A DNA stretch of 64,000 bases, taken from contig CAWVSL010000002.1 of assembly GCA_963933115.1 (NCBI GenBank), positions 53,531 to 117,530 of the forward strand. The letters run 5' to 3'. This document shows positions 52,172 to 63,213 of this stretch, in pieces. The notes below the pieces were generated by a model. It saw nothing but the letters and a program-made list of their open reading frames with translations, had not been told where the DNA came from and searched no databases. The translations under genes were made by a program, and so were the position numbers. Positions within the stretch are counted from its first letter, which is position 1, and each line of letters opens with the position of its first letter. Source of the DNA: an uncultured Colwellia sp. (GTDB lineage: Bacteria > Pseudomonadota > Gammaproteobacteria > Enterobacterales > Alteromonadaceae).

Positions 52172-53503
52172 TTAACTCTGTATAACTGACAAACCCACAT
52201 GATTTGCCAAGCTAACAAAATTTGGAAATGATGTAGCAACGTTATCACAATCTAAAATAGTTATATTGCCTTTAGCACGTAAAGAGCCTATCGCAAAAGA
52301 CATCGCTATACGGTGATCATCATGGCTATTAATAGTACCTGAACTCAATTGCCCACCAATAATATCAATACCATCGCCAAAAACTGTACAGTCAATGTCT
52401 AAAATTGTTAAACCATCAGCCATGGCTTGAATTCTATCACTCTCTTTGACTCTTAGCTCTTCTGCACCACGTAAACGGGTTGTGCCAGTAGCACATGCAG
52501 CGGCAATAAATATTGCCGGAAACTCATCAATGGCAAGTGGAACATCACGTTCAAGGATATCAACACCAATTAATTTTGAGGCTTTCACAATAACATCAGC
52601 CACTGGCTCACCACCAGCCATCCGTTCATTGATAATGCTGAGGTCGCCATTCATTTGTTTTAAAATATTGATAGAGCCTACTCTAGTTGGGTTCATACCA
52701 ACGTTTCTAATGGTTAACTCACCACCTTTAGCAATAAGACCAGCCACCATAAAAAACGTTGCTGAGGAAATGTCACCCGGCACTTGAATATCACAAGCCG
52801 TCAACTTATGACCGCCTTCAATAGAAACTTTATTACCTTCCACATTAACAGGGTAGCCAAAAGCGGTTAACATTCTTTCAGTATGATCACGGGTAATTCC
52901 GGGTTCAGTTACTGTTGTCGTCCCATCGGCATACATTCCTGCTAGCAAAACACATGATTTAACTTGAGCACTTGCCATAGGTAAATCATAATCAATGGCT
53001 GTTAATAACCGATCTTGTTCTCTGCCCTTACATATAACGGGAGGCGTACCATCATCACTGGCTGAAATATTAGCAGCCATTAGTTTTAGAGGGTTTACCA
53101 CACGATTCATTGGTCTTTTATTTAATGAGTTATCACCCGCCATGGCTGAATCAAACGTTTGTCCTGCTAAAATACCCGATAAAAGGCGAATAGAGGTCCC
53201 TGAATTACCAATGTTCAATAGTTCTTTTGGTGCAGATAAACCATGAAGCCCTTTGCCATAAACAGTTACATTATTTTCGTTATCTGGCCCGTCTATCTTA
53301 ATGCCCATTGCTTTAAAAGTGTTCATTGTTGCCAAGCAGTCTTGCCCGGGTAAAAATCCCTTAATATGGGTAATACCTTCGGCTAAAGCGCCAAACATTA
53401 TTGAACGATGTGAGACGGATTTATCACCAGGCACGGTAATATCGCCAGAAACAAAGCCACTAGGTGCAGCAATAAAAGATAAAGGACTATTAAGTTGTGA
53501 CAT
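52172..53503 (-). CDS. aroA: 3-phosphoshikimate 1-carboxyvinyltransferase (EPSP synthase), class II-type sequence
   Basis: 443 aa. Contains GDKS(VSHRS), SAQVK, RDHTE, NPTR and NKRPMNRV motifs. serC-aroA adjacency. Confidence 0.95.
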   Translation of the reverse strand: MSQLNSPLSFIAAPSGFVSGDITVPGDKSVSHRSIMFGALAEGITHIKGFLPGQDCLATMNTFKAMGIKIDGPDNENNVTVYGKGLHGLSAPKELLNIGNSGTSIRLLSGILAGQTFDSAMAGDNSLNKRPMNRVVNPLKLMAANISASDDGTPPVICKGREQDRLLTAIDYDLPMASAQVKSCVLLAGMYADGTTTVTEPGITRDHTERMLTAFGYPVNVEGNKVSIEGGHKLTACDIQVPGDISSATFFMVAGLIAKGGELTIRNVGMNPTRVGSINILKQMNGDLSIINERMAGGEPVADVIVKASKLIGVDILERDVPLAIDEFPAIFIAAACATGTTRLRGAEELRVKESDRIQAMADGLTILDIDCTVFGDGIDIIGGQLSSGTINSHDDHRIAMSFAIGSLRAKGNITILDCDNVATSFPNFVSLANHVGLSVIQS

Positions 53504-53535
53504 GTTTTTTCCAACTGTTTTTAAAAATCATTAAA

Positions 53536-54621
53536 TTATGAATGCTTTTGAGAGAAATCGTTCATAAAATTTACTAAGGCTTCAACACCAGCTAATGGCA
53601 TTGCATTATAAATACTTGCTCGCATACCACCAACAATTCTATGGCCTTTTAACGCCATTAACCCTTGCTGTTTCGCTAAAGCTAAAAACTCTTCATTTAA
53701 TTCTTCATTTTTTAACCAAAATGGCACATTCATTAGGCTACGGTATTTCACATCGACATTATTGTAATAGAGTGGATTACTATCTATTACTTGATAAAGT
53801 AGTTGAGCTTTTTGTTGATTTATCTTGGCAATAGCGCTCACCCCTCCTAACGCCTTTAACCATTGAAAAACTAATCCAGCTAAATACCACGCATAAGTTG
53901 GTGGTGTATTATACATAGAGTCACTATCACTTAATAATTGGTAATTCATAATTGCTGGTGTCGTTAAATGTGCTTGACCCATTAGCGATTTACGGACAAT
54001 GACAATAGTTAAACCTGAAGGTCCAATATTTTTTTGAGCGCCAGCATAAATCAATCCAAATTTAGCAATATCGATTTTATGTGACAAAATAGTCGATGAC
54101 ATATCAGCAACAAGGGGAACACCATAGGTCTCAGGAATGTCATTAATTTCAACACCATTGACCGTTTCGTTTGGACAATAATGTACGTAAGCTGCATCAC
54201 GGTTAAGTGACCAATCATTTACCGGTATAACTGTACTTAACTCATCAGTTTTCTTAACAATATCTATAACATTGATATTGCCATAGTGACTTGCTTCTTT
54301 AGCTGCATCATTTGACCAGGAGCCAGAAATAATATAATCGGCACTTTTACCCTGAGGTAACAGATTAAGTGGAACAGCAGAAAACTGCCCCCTACCGCCA
54401 CCATGACAAAAAAGCACCGCATATTCATCAGGAATTTCTAATAAATCTCTAAGGTTTACTTCTGCTTGTTTGGCAACAGCCATAAACTCAAGACTTCTAT
54501 GGCTAAGTTCCATAACAGAACTGCCTGTATCGTGCCAGTTAGTAAATTCTTGTTGAGCTTTTTTCATTACTTCGGTGGGCAGCATTGCTGGGCCAGCACA
54601 GAAATTATAGATAACAGACAT
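53536..54621 (-). CDS. serC: phosphoserine aminotransferase
   Basis: 361 aa. FCAGPAMLP N-terminus and the PLP-lysine region YAGAQKNIGPSG. Confidence 0.97.
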   Translation of the reverse strand: MSVIYNFCAGPAMLPTEVMKKAQQEFTNWHDTGSSVMELSHRSLEFMAVAKQAEVNLRDLLEIPDEYAVLFCHGGGRGQFSAVPLNLLPQGKSADYIISGSWSNDAAKEASHYGNINVIDIVKKTDELSTVIPVNDWSLNRDAAYVHYCPNETVNGVEINDIPETYGVPLVADMSSTILSHKIDIAKFGLIYAGAQKNIGPSGLTIVIVRKSLMGQAHLTTPAIMNYQLLSDSDSMYNTPPTYAWYLAGLVFQWLKALGGVSAIAKINQQKAQLLYQVIDSNPLYYNNVDVKYRSLMNVPFWLKNEELNEEFLALAKQQGLMALKGHRIVGGMRASIYNAMPLAGVEALVNFMNDFSQKHS

Positions 54622-54697
54622 AAAATTACACCATCCGATCGAGATTTAAATTCAGTAAATAAAATGATCTACTTTCAACTCATAGATCTTAATTTTT

Positions 54698-54730
54698 AAC
54701 AAAAAAATGGGCGGTTCAACCGCCCATTTA
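54698..54730 (-). terminator. rho-independent terminator after gyrA
   Basis: AAATGGGCGG-TTCAA-CCGCCCATTT. On the minus strand it is followed by TTTTTTTGTT. It begins 20 nt after the gyrA stop. Confidence 0.9.
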
Positions 54731-54749
54731 AAACAGTGAAAGGTGTTAA

Positions 54750-57458
54750 CTATTCGTTATCACCCTCATCGACCTCACTCGTCGGTACTTCACTGTCTTG
54801 AATTGATTCAGTTGACTCTGGAGAAGATACAGACATTTCATCTTCAAAAGACTCTAAAGCATCATCTTCTTCAACTTCATCAATACGCTGAAGAGCTACA
54901 ACGTGTTCATCTTCAGACGTACGAATAATACGAACACCTTGAGTATTACGACCAATAACGCTGACTTCGTTAACACGGGTTCGAACCAATGTGCCGTTAT
55001 CAGTGATGAGCATCATCTCGTCTTGTTCTTCGACTTGAACCGCACCAACAACTTTACCATTACGCTCACTGACCTTGATAGAAACTACGCCTTTGGTTGC
55101 TCTACTCTTAGCAGGATATTCAACCAAATCAGTTCGTTTACCATAACCATTTTCAGTAATAGTTAATATTGGCCCATCATTTTTTGGAACAATTAAGGAA
55201 ACAATTTTTTGATCACCTTCAAGTCTCATACCGCGAACACCTGTTCCCGTTCGCCCGATAGGTTTTAAAGCCCAGCGTTGCTCACCAGTTTCAGGGTCGA
55301 TTTTAATTTCACCTGTTTCGCTGTCACGTACTTTTTCATTGAAACGCACAACTTTACCCGCATCAGAGAACAACATAATATCATTATTGCCATCGGTAAT
55401 ATCGACGCCAATTAAGGTATCGTCATCGCGAAGGTTCAAGGCAATAATACCATTGGCTCTTTGATTTGAATAAGCATCCAAACGGGTTTTCTTAACTGTA
55501 CCCGATGCTGTAGCCATAACGATGTATTTATCTTCGGCATATTCACGAACAGGTAAGATTGCGGTTATGCGCTCATCATTTTCAAGTGGCAAAATATTAA
55601 CAATTGGACGACCACGAGCGGTCCGACTTGCCAGCGGTAATTGAAACACTTTTAACCAATATAATTTCCCACGGTTTGAAAAACATAAAATAGTGTCATG
55701 GGTATTAGCCACTAATAACCGCTCAATGTAATCTTCTTCTTTCATCTTAGTGGCAGCTTTACCTTTACCACCTCGACGTTGCGCTTGATAATCATTTAAC
55801 ACTTGGTATTTAACATAACCTTCGTGAGAAAGTGTGACGACAACATCCTCTTCAGTGATCAAGTCTTCAAGGGATAAGTCATGCGATGCATTTGTGATTT
55901 CGGTACGACGTTCATCACCAAATTCTTCACGGATAGCAATAAGTTCTTCACAAATAACTTCCATTAAGCGCGCAGGTGTAGCCAAAATATGCAATAACTC
56001 AGCAATTAAGTCTAATAACCCTTTGTACTCACTTAGAATTTTATCATGTTCCATGCCCGATAATTTGTATAACTGTAAGTCAACGATCGCTTTGGCTTGT
56101 TCTGCAGTTAAGTAATATAAATCATCACGGATACCATATTCTGGCTCTAACCACTCAGGACGAGCAGCATCATTGCCAGCAGCACTGAGCATTTGTGCTA
56201 CGTCACCAAGTGTCCAACCTTGAGAAATTAATTTTTCTTCAGACTCTTTTCTATTATTAGATGATTTAATCAGCTCGATAATAGGGTCAATATTAGCTAA
56301 GGCGATTGATAAACCCTCTAATATATGAGCACGTTCTCTAGCCTTACGTAATTCGAAAATTGTGCGACGAGTAACAACTTCTCTACGGTGAAGAACAAAC
56401 GCTTCAAGCATCTCTTTAATGTTAAAGAGTTTAGGTTGCCCTTCCGTTAGCGCAACCATATTTAAGCCAAAAGAGACTTGCATTTGGGTAAGTTTGTAAA
56501 GGTTATTTAAAACCACTTCACCGACTTCGCCACGTTTAATCTCAATAACCATACGCATGCCATCTTTATCAGACTCATCACGTAGGGCTGAAATCCCTTC
56601 CAAACGTTTATCTTTAACTAGCTCTGCCATTTTTTCAATAAGGCGAGCTTTGTTAACTTGGTAAGGTAGTTCATAAACTATAATCGTTTCTTTACCGGTA
56701 CTTTCGTTACATTCAATTCTAGCACGGGCACGAATTTTTATTTTACCACGGCCTGTACGATAGGCTTCTTCAATACCAGCGCGACCACTGATGATACCTG
56801 CTGTAGGAAAATCAGGTCCAGGAATATGCTCAAGTATTTCTTCAAAAGTAATATCAGCATTTTCGATAATAGCCAAACAAGCATTTATTACTTCAGTTAA
56901 ATTATGCGGTGGTATGTTAGTTGCCATACCGACAGCAATACCAGAAGTACCATTAACCAATAAGTTGGGAATTCTGGTTGGCATTACTGCGGGGATATAT
57001 TCAGTTTCATCGTAGTTAGGGACAAAATCAACAGTATCTTTGTCTAAATCAGCTAAAATAGAATGAGCAATTTTTGACATTCTAATTTCGGTATAACGCA
57101 TTGCTGCCGCTGAATCACCATCAACAGAACCAAAGTTACCCTGCCCGTCTACTAACATATAGCGAAGCGAAAAGGGTTGCGCCATACGGACTATTGTATC
57201 GTATACGGCAGTATCACCATGAGGGTGGTATTTACCGATTACATCACCAACCACACGAGCGGATTTTTTGTATGCTTTGTTCCAGTCATTACCTAAGACA
57301 TTCATTGCGAATAATACGCGACGATGTACAGGCTTTAAACCATCACGCACATCAGGTAATGCACGCCCTACGATTACACTCATGGCGTAATCTAAATAGG
57401 AGGTTTTTAATTCATCTTCAATATTTATTGGAACGACATTTTTGGCCAAATCGGTCAT
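54750..57458 (-). CDS. gyrA: DNA gyrase subunit A
   Basis: 902 aa. Active-site region [28 protein letters not shown], GyrA-box-bearing CTD, acidic C-terminal tail. Confidence 0.98.
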   Translation of the reverse strand: MTDLAKNVVPINIEDELKTSYLDYAMSVIVGRALPDVRDGLKPVHRRVLFAMNVLGNDWNKAYKKSARVVGDVIGKYHPHGDTAVYDTIVRMAQPFSLRYMLVDGQGNFGSVDGDSAAAMRYTEIRMSKIAHSILADLDKDTVDFVPNYDETEYIPAVMPTRIPNLLVNGTSGIAVGMATNIPPHNLTEVINACLAIIENADITFEEILEHIPGPDFPTAGIISGRAGIEEAYRTGRGKIKIRARARIECNESTGKETIIVYELPYQVNKARLIEKMAELVKDKRLEGISALRDESDKDGMRMVIEIKRGEVGEVVLNNLYKLTQMQVSFGLNMVALTEGQPKLFNIKEMLEAFVLHRREVVTRRTIFELRKARERAHILEGLSIALANIDPIIELIKSSNNRKESEEKLISQGWTLGDVAQMLSAAGNDAARPEWLEPEYGIRDDLYYLTAEQAKAIVDLQLYKLSGMEHDKILSEYKGLLDLIAELLHILATPARLMEVICEELIAIREEFGDERRTEITNASHDLSLEDLITEEDVVVTLSHEGYVKYQVLNDYQAQRRGGKGKAATKMKEEDYIERLLVANTHDTILCFSNRGKLYWLKVFQLPLASRTARGRPIVNILPLENDERITAILPVREYAEDKYIVMATASGTVKKTRLDAYSNQRANGIIALNLRDDDTLIGVDITDGNNDIMLFSDAGKVVRFNEKVRDSETGEIKIDPETGEQRWALKPIGRTGTGVRGMRLEGDQKIVSLIVPKNDGPILTITENGYGKRTDLVEYPAKSRATKGVVSIKVSERNGKVVGAVQVEEQDEMMLITDNGTLVRTRVNEVSVIGRNTQGVRIIRTSEDEHVVALQRIDEVEEDDALESFEDEMSVSSPESTESIQDSEVPTSEVDEGDNE

Positions 57459-57883
57459 AAACTGATGGTATCCCTTGCTTTATAAAAAGTTTTAAACTTA
57501 ATACGACAATAGTCTAATACTTGTCTAGAAAATCACTATTAAGATAGCGAAATCCTTGAATTATTGTTGTTTATCAACGAAGCATATTAACACAAAACAT
57601 AGCAATTTCTATTGTTTATTAATGTTCCCTCATCTAATAGTTTAAATCGGTATTAAATCCCCTAAAAATTTAATATGACACACCAATATTAACCTAATAA
57701 ATCCGAACACCGATGGCTTTAATATACTTCGCTTGATTTTTGATCAGGTAATAATTTTAAAACAATCGTTACTGGCAAATATTTTTTTATCTATTATTAG
57801 TCTTGTTGCTGACAATACTATGTTTGATTAAAGCTTTAGTTTAGAATCATAGCGATAAACCCAGACAAGATGCTAAAAATATC

Positions 57884-58606
57884 ATGACGCAATTAAATGT
57901 ATCTCAACCATTAAATGTCAACCCCGAAGAAATAGCTAAATTTGAGAAGATAGCTAGCCAGTGGTGGGATGAAACCGGTGATTTCAAGCCTTTACATCAA
58001 ATCAATCCATTACGTCAGCAGTTTATAATCGAACATGTAGGTGATATTTTTGGTAAAAAAATTATTGATGTCGGTTGTGGCGGTGGTATCTTAGCTGAAA
58101 GTTTAGCTAGGCTAGGTGCAGAGGTTACTGGCATAGACATGGGGAAAGAACCTTTAAACATTGCTAAATTACATGCCCTTGACTCAGGGGTAAAAGTTAA
58201 TTATCAACAAATTACCGCAGAAGAAAAAGCTGAGACCAATGACCAAGCATTTGATATTGTTACTTGTATGGAAATGCTAGAACACGTCCCAAATCCTACC
58301 TCAGTTATAGAGTCTTGTGCAAAAATGGTCAAACCCGGTGGGTTAGTGTTTTTTTCAACATTAAACAAAACTATAAAATCCTATCTTCTAGCGATAATAG
58401 CTGCGGAAAACCTTTTTAAACTTGTTCCAAAGGGTACTCATGAGCATGACCATTTTATTAAACCATCAACATTAATTGCTTGGGCTGAAAGTTTTGACCT
58501 GAAATGTATTGATGCGACAGGTATTCATTACAACCCTATTACTGAAAACCATAAACTTGCTCCAGGCTTAGATGTTAATTATATACTTTGTTGTAGGAAG
58601 GTTTAA
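57884..58606 (+). CDS. ubiG: bifunctional 3-demethylubiquinol 3-O-methyltransferase / 2-polyprenyl-6-hydroxyphenol methylase
   Basis: 240 aa. SAM motif [13 protein letters not shown]. Conserved gyrA/ubiG divergent arrangement. Confidence 0.95.
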   Translation: MTQLNVSQPLNVNPEEIAKFEKIASQWWDETGDFKPLHQINPLRQQFIIEHVGDIFGKKIIDVGCGGGILAESLARLGAEVTGIDMGKEPLNIAKLHALDSGVKVNYQQITAEEKAETNDQAFDIVTCMEMLEHVPNPTSVIESCAKMVKPGGLVFFSTLNKTIKSYLLAIIAAENLFKLVPKGTHEHDHFIKPSTLIAWAESFDLKCIDATGIHYNPITENHKLAPGLDVNYILCCRKV

Positions 58607-58608
58607 CT

Positions 58609-59271
58609 ATGACAAAAAAAACGCACACCGCTATCCTATTTGATTTAGACGGTACTTTACTGGACACGGCAAATGATTTAGGCGCGGCCCTCAATCATGT
58701 TTTAGTTCAACATGATATGGAAAAGGTAACGAAAGAGCGCTTTCGTCCTGTTGCTTCCGATGGTGCAAAGGGTTTATTAGAACTAGGGTTTGGCGAATTA
58801 CTCCAACACTATGATTATGAAATGCTGAGGAAGGAATTCCTTAATTATTACCAGGAAAATATCGCTGTACATACTTGCTTTTATCCAGGGATTGAAGAGT
58901 TATTGACAAACCTAATCGACAATAATATTCCTTGGGGGGTTGTAACAAACAAACCCATCGGTTTAACGTTAGATCTATTGCCACACTTTTCTTTATTCTC
59001 TTATTGTAACAGTATTGTTGGTGGAGACTCTCTGAAAGAGAAAAAGCCCCACCCGGCTCCTTTATTACATGCTTGTAAAGAGATGGATGTAGATGCAACA
59101 GCTTGTATCTATGTAGGTGACGCCATTAGAGATATCGAAGCAGGTAATGCAGCCAAAATGTATACCGTTATTGCTCAATGGGGCTATATTCTTGATAAAA
59201 GTTCATGTGAAAATTGGCAGGCTGACTTAATAGCTGTCGACGCCTATAAAATTTCTCAAATTATTTTATGA
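58609..59271 (+). CDS. HAD-IA family phosphatase (phosphoglycolate phosphatase / MupP-like)
   Basis: 220 aa. Motif I FDLDGTLLDT, motif II VVTNK, motif III K...YVGDAIRD. Starts 2 nt after the ubiG stop. Confidence 0.85.
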   Translation: MTKKTHTAILFDLDGTLLDTANDLGAALNHVLVQHDMEKVTKERFRPVASDGAKGLLELGFGELLQHYDYEMLRKEFLNYYQENIAVHTCFYPGIEELLTNLIDNNIPWGVVTNKPIGLTLDLLPHFSLFSYCNSIVGGDSLKEKKPHPAPLLHACKEMDVDATACIYVGDAIRDIEAGNAAKMYTVIAQWGYILDKSSCENWQADLIAVDAYKISQIIL

Positions 59272-59544
59272 GTAACTAATTTAGATAACCAAGAGTGAAT
59301 AAGTTAATTTACTTAAATAATCATCACCTTGATTTAATATATAAGAAATAAAATCAAAAATATTTTCAAGGCTAAAATAAAATAAAATAACCATTGCCTT
59401 TTAAAAGTGTCCAAAATGAAAAGCCTTGCTAAGTTAGTTATCACTAACATCAATTATTTAATATAATTGAACAATAATATACACTGACAATAGCACTTGC
59501 AAAAAAAACAAAACCCCATTATCTTGTGATTGTATTTTAAAAAA

Positions 59545-59560
59545 ACCCTACATATAGTGA
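59545..59560 (+). promoter_or_regulatory. NrdR box 1 (distal)
   Basis: accCTACATATAGtga. The core matches the NrdR-box core CwAtATaTwG with one mismatch. Confidence 0.65.
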
Positions 59561-59576
59561 TTAACATGTTTTTGAT

Positions 59577-59592
59577 TCACTATATATAGGAA
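59577..59592 (+). promoter_or_regulatory. NrdR box 2 (proximal), overlapping a candidate -10
   Basis: tcaCTATATATAGgaa, an exact match to the core CwAtATaTwG. Its centre is 32 bp from the box 1 centre. A candidate promoter TTAACA (59561..59566) - 16 nt - TATATA (59583..59588) overlaps it. The box ends 31 nt upstream of the nrdA ATG. Confidence 0.7.
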
Positions 59593-59622
59593 ACGATTTC
59601 ACATAGAATTTATAGGTCTCTC

Positions 59623-61893
59623 ATGAACAACAATCTCTTTGTAACAAAACGCAATGGTAAAAAAGAACCTATTGATTTAGAAAAAATCCACAAGGTAATC
59701 GATTGGGCTGCTGATGGCTTAGATAATGTTTCAGTATCACAAGTTGAATTAAAATCACATATTCAGTTCTACGATGGCATAAGAACATCTGATATTCATG
59801 AAACAATAATTAAGTCAGCTGCTGATTTAATATCTGAAGAAACACCCGATTACCAATACCTATCAGCAAGGCTTGCCGTCTTTCACTTACGCAAAAAAGC
59901 TTACGGTCAATTTGAACCACCTAAATTATTTGATCATGTTGTTAATATGGTCGAAACAGGAAAATATGATCAACACTTATTAGCTGATTACACACAAGCT
60001 GAATTTGAACAAATGGAAGCGTTTTTAGAGCATAAACGAGATCTTGATTTTAGTTATGCCGCAGTAAAACAGTTAGAAGGTAAGTATTTAGTCCAAAATC
60101 GTGTCAGTGGCGAAATTTATGAGAGTGCTCAATTTCTTTATATCCTAGTTGCCGCATGCTTATTCGCTAAGTACTCTAAAGAGACACGTTTATCTTTTGT
60201 TAAAGGTTTCTATGAAGCCATCTCTACTTTTAAAATATCATTACCTACGCCAATTATGGCTGGAGTACGTACACCAACTAGACAGTTTTCATCTTGTGTA
60301 CTAATAGAATGTGGTGACAGTCTAGACTCAATTAACGCCACTTCAAGTGCTATCGTTAAATACGTCTCTCAACGAGCAGGTATTGGTGTAAATGCGGGTA
60401 GAATTAGAGCATTAGGAAGCACAATACGAAATGGTGAAGCTTTCCATACTGGCTGCATTCCCTTTTTCAAACATTTCCAAACAGCGGTAAAGAGTTGTTC
60501 ACAAGGTGGTGTCCGTGGCGGCGCAGCAACCTTATTTTATCCTTTGTGGCATTTAGAAGTTGAGAGTTTGTTAGTACTAAAAAATAACAGAGGCGTTGAA
60601 GAAAATCGTGTACGTCATCTCGATTACGGTGTGCAATTTAATAAATTAATGTATAGCCGCCTTATTAAGGGTGATTTCATCACATTATTTAGCCCTAGTG
60701 ATGTACCAGGCTTGTATGATGCGTTTTTCGCCGATCAAGAAGAGTTCGAAAAGCTGTATGTCCAATATGAAGCCGATGATTCAATTCGTAAAAAACGTAT
60801 CAAAGCTATCGAATTGTTTACTTTATTTGCTCAAGAACGTGCAAGCACTGGCCGAATTTATCTTCAAAATGTTGATCACTGTAATACACACAGTCCATTT
60901 GATCCCTTACAAGCCCCTATTCGTCAAAGTAATTTATGTTTAGAGATTGCCCTACCAACAAAGCCAATGGCAGATATAAACGATGAAGAAGGTGAAATTG
61001 CACTTTGTACTTTATCCGCCTTTAACTTAGGTGTGATTGACAGCCTCGATGAATTAGAAAATTTAGCAGATTTAGCCGTGCGTGCACTTGACAGTTTATT
61101 AGATTATCAAGACTACCCTGTTCCTGCTGCATTCAATGCAAGTATGGGGCGTCGTACTTTAGGTATTGGTGTTATTAACTATGCATACTATTTAGCCAAA
61201 AATGGTAAATTCTACTCTAATGGTAGTGCTAATAATTTAACTCACAAAACCTTTGAAGCAATTCAGTTTTACTTACTCAAAGCGAGTAATCAATTAGCCA
61301 AGGAAAAAGGTGCTTGTCCTAAATTTAATGAAACTCGTTTATCTCAAGGTATATTACCTATCGATACTTACAAGAAAGAAATTGATAATATTACTGGAGA
61401 AGCATTACATTATGATTGGGAAACGTTAAGAGCGAGTATTAAAGAGCATGGAGTAAGAAACTCTACTGTCTCTGCGTTAATGCCATCAGAAACCTCTTCG
61501 CAAATATCTAATGCCACAAATGGTATAGAACCACCACGGGGTTTGATTAGTATAAAATCTAGTAAAGATGGTGTTTTAAAGCAAGTTGTTCCTGAATACG
61601 AAAAGCTCAAAGATAATTACGAATTATTATGGAATATACCTAATAACCAAGGTTATCTAGAATTAGTTGGTATTATGCAAAAGTTTATTGATCAAACGAT
61701 TTCAGCGAATACTAATTATGACCCTTCTCGTTTTGAAGGTGGTAAAGTACCGGTAAAACAAATATTAAAAGATATTCTAACTGCCTATAAATTAGGTGTA
61801 AAAACCATGTATTATCACAATACTCGTGATGGTGCAGATGATCAGATTGAAATTGAAGATGATAGTTGTGCTGGTGGTGCGTGTAAGATTTAA
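59623..61893 (+). CDS. nrdA: class Ia ribonucleoside-diphosphate reductase subunit alpha
   Basis: 756 aa. N-terminal ATP-cone (VTKRNGKKEPIDLEKIHKV), active-site NLCLEI, C-terminal CAGGACKI redox tail. Confidence 0.98.
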   Translation: MNNNLFVTKRNGKKEPIDLEKIHKVIDWAADGLDNVSVSQVELKSHIQFYDGIRTSDIHETIIKSAADLISEETPDYQYLSARLAVFHLRKKAYGQFEPPKLFDHVVNMVETGKYDQHLLADYTQAEFEQMEAFLEHKRDLDFSYAAVKQLEGKYLVQNRVSGEIYESAQFLYILVAACLFAKYSKETRLSFVKGFYEAISTFKISLPTPIMAGVRTPTRQFSSCVLIECGDSLDSINATSSAIVKYVSQRAGIGVNAGRIRALGSTIRNGEAFHTGCIPFFKHFQTAVKSCSQGGVRGGAATLFYPLWHLEVESLLVLKNNRGVEENRVRHLDYGVQFNKLMYSRLIKGDFITLFSPSDVPGLYDAFFADQEEFEKLYVQYEADDSIRKKRIKAIELFTLFAQERASTGRIYLQNVDHCNTHSPFDPLQAPIRQSNLCLEIALPTKPMADINDEEGEIALCTLSAFNLGVIDSLDELENLADLAVRALDSLLDYQDYPVPAAFNASMGRRTLGIGVINYAYYLAKNGKFYSNGSANNLTHKTFEAIQFYLLKASNQLAKEKGACPKFNETRLSQGILPIDTYKKEIDNITGEALHYDWETLRASIKEHGVRNSTVSALMPSETSSQISNATNGIEPPRGLISIKSSKDGVLKQVVPEYEKLKDNYELLWNIPNNQGYLELVGIMQKFIDQTISANTNYDPSRFEGGKVPVKQILKDILTAYKLGVKTMYYHNTRDGADDQIEIEDDSCAGGACKI

Positions 61894-61987
61894 CTGGTAT
61901 ATTTTAAAATTTCAAAAAATTCGTTATTGGGAATAATAAACATCATGACTATTATGTTAAAACTAAATTAGTCATAAAATAAATTGA

Positions 61988-62020
61988 ATCGAGTTACGTT
62001 AATGTTAATGTTAACTCGAT
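61988..62020 (+). repeat. inverted repeat enclosing a GTTAAT-GTTAAT-GTTAAC tandem hexamer, nrdA-nrdB spacer
   Basis: ATCGAGTTA (61988..61996) pairs with TAACTCGAT (62012..62020), a 9-bp stem. The loop and right arm carry three tandem hexamers at 61998..62015. Confidence 0.6.
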
Positions 62021-62061
62021 AATACTTATCTACGAAAGAGAAGTATTTTGAGGAAATCTAA

Positions 62062-63204
62062 ATGGCGTATACAACTTTCAATAAAATAGCAAACAATGCA
62101 CTCCTTGAACCAATGTTCCTAGGTAATTCAGTTAATGTTTCCAGGTATGACCAACAAAAACATATACCGTTTGAAAAATTAATTGAAAAACAACTCTCAT
62201 TTTTCTGGCGTCCAGAAGAAGTAGATGTTTCAAAAGATAGAGCTGATTGGCAGACATTAACTACATCTGAAAAGCATATTTTCATGTCTAACTTGAAGTA
62301 CCAAACGCTTCTAGACAGTATGGCTGCTCGCTCGGTAAATTTGGTCTTATTACCCCTCGTTTCTATACCAGAATTAGAAACGTGGATAGAAACGTGGGCA
62401 TTTAGCGAAACTATTCATAGTCGTTCGTATACGCACATATTGCGTAATTTATTCACTAACCCTAGTGAGGTTTTTGATGACATCATGGTTAACCCTGCCA
62501 TCTTAAAACGAGCCGAGAGTATTGCCAAATACTTTGATCAAGTAATTCTAACAACACAGCTTTTACAATCTCAAGGTGAAGGTACTTATGATGTTGAGGT
62601 CGCTGGCAAAAACACAACGATCGAAGTGAGTCGACGCAAGTTAAAAGAGCGCTTATTTCTAGCCGTGTGCTCAGTAAACGCACTTGAAGCTATTCGCTTT
62701 TATGTAAGCTTTGCTTGCTCATTTGCTTTCGCTGAACGTGAGTTACTTGAAGGTAATTCAAAACTAATTAAGCTAATTGCGCGTGATGAAGCACTCCATT
62801 TAACAGGCACACAGCATATACTTAATATATGGGCTAAGGGCAAAGATGACCCTGAGATGAAAGAAATATCTATAGCATTTAAAGAAGAAGGAAGGCAGAT
62901 ATTTTTAGACGTCGTTAAGCAAGAAAAAGAGTGGGCAGATTACTTATTTAAAGATGGTTCAATGATTGGGCTTAATGCTTTAATTTTAAAACAGTATATT
63001 GAATACATCAGTAACCAACGTATGCTTGCGATAGGCTTAGATTCACCATTCGATATTAAGAGCAACCCACTACCGTGGATAAACTCTTATTTATCGTCTG
63101 ATAATGTTCAAGTTGCCCCTCAAGAAACTGAAATATCAAGCTACTTAGTGGGTCAAGTTGACTCTTCTGTTGAAGCAGAAGATTTTGAAGATTTTGATCT
63201 GTAA
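62062..63204 (+). CDS. nrdB: class Ia ribonucleoside-diphosphate reductase subunit beta
   Basis: 380 aa. Di-iron ligand motifs ([18 protein letters not shown]), acidic C-terminal tail. Confidence 0.98.
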   Translation: MAYTTFNKIANNALLEPMFLGNSVNVSRYDQQKHIPFEKLIEKQLSFFWRPEEVDVSKDRADWQTLTTSEKHIFMSNLKYQTLLDSMAARSVNLVLLPLVSIPELETWIETWAFSETIHSRSYTHILRNLFTNPSEVFDDIMVNPAILKRAESIAKYFDQVILTTQLLQSQGEGTYDVEVAGKNTTIEVSRRKLKERLFLAVCSVNALEAIRFYVSFACSFAFAERELLEGNSKLIKLIARDEALHLTGTQHILNIWAKGKDDPEMKEISIAFKEEGRQIFLDVVKQEKEWADYLFKDGSMIGLNALILKQYIEYISNQRMLAIGLDSPFDIKSNPLPWINSYLSSDNVQVAPQETEISSYLVGQVDSSVEAEDFEDFDL

Positions 63205-63213
63205 TATATTATC

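Noticed and set aside
54977-54987. GGGTTCGAACC, a tRNA T-arm-like sequence.
   Set aside because: It lies inside the gyrA coding sequence and has no flanking acceptor or anticodon stems. No tRNA gene is present in the window.
59383-59400. AAAAT x3 microsatellite-like run, and an AAGGC...GCCTT pairing, downstream of the HAD gene.
   Set aside because: Low-complexity AT-rich sequence. The 5-bp stem with a very large loop is not a credible terminator.
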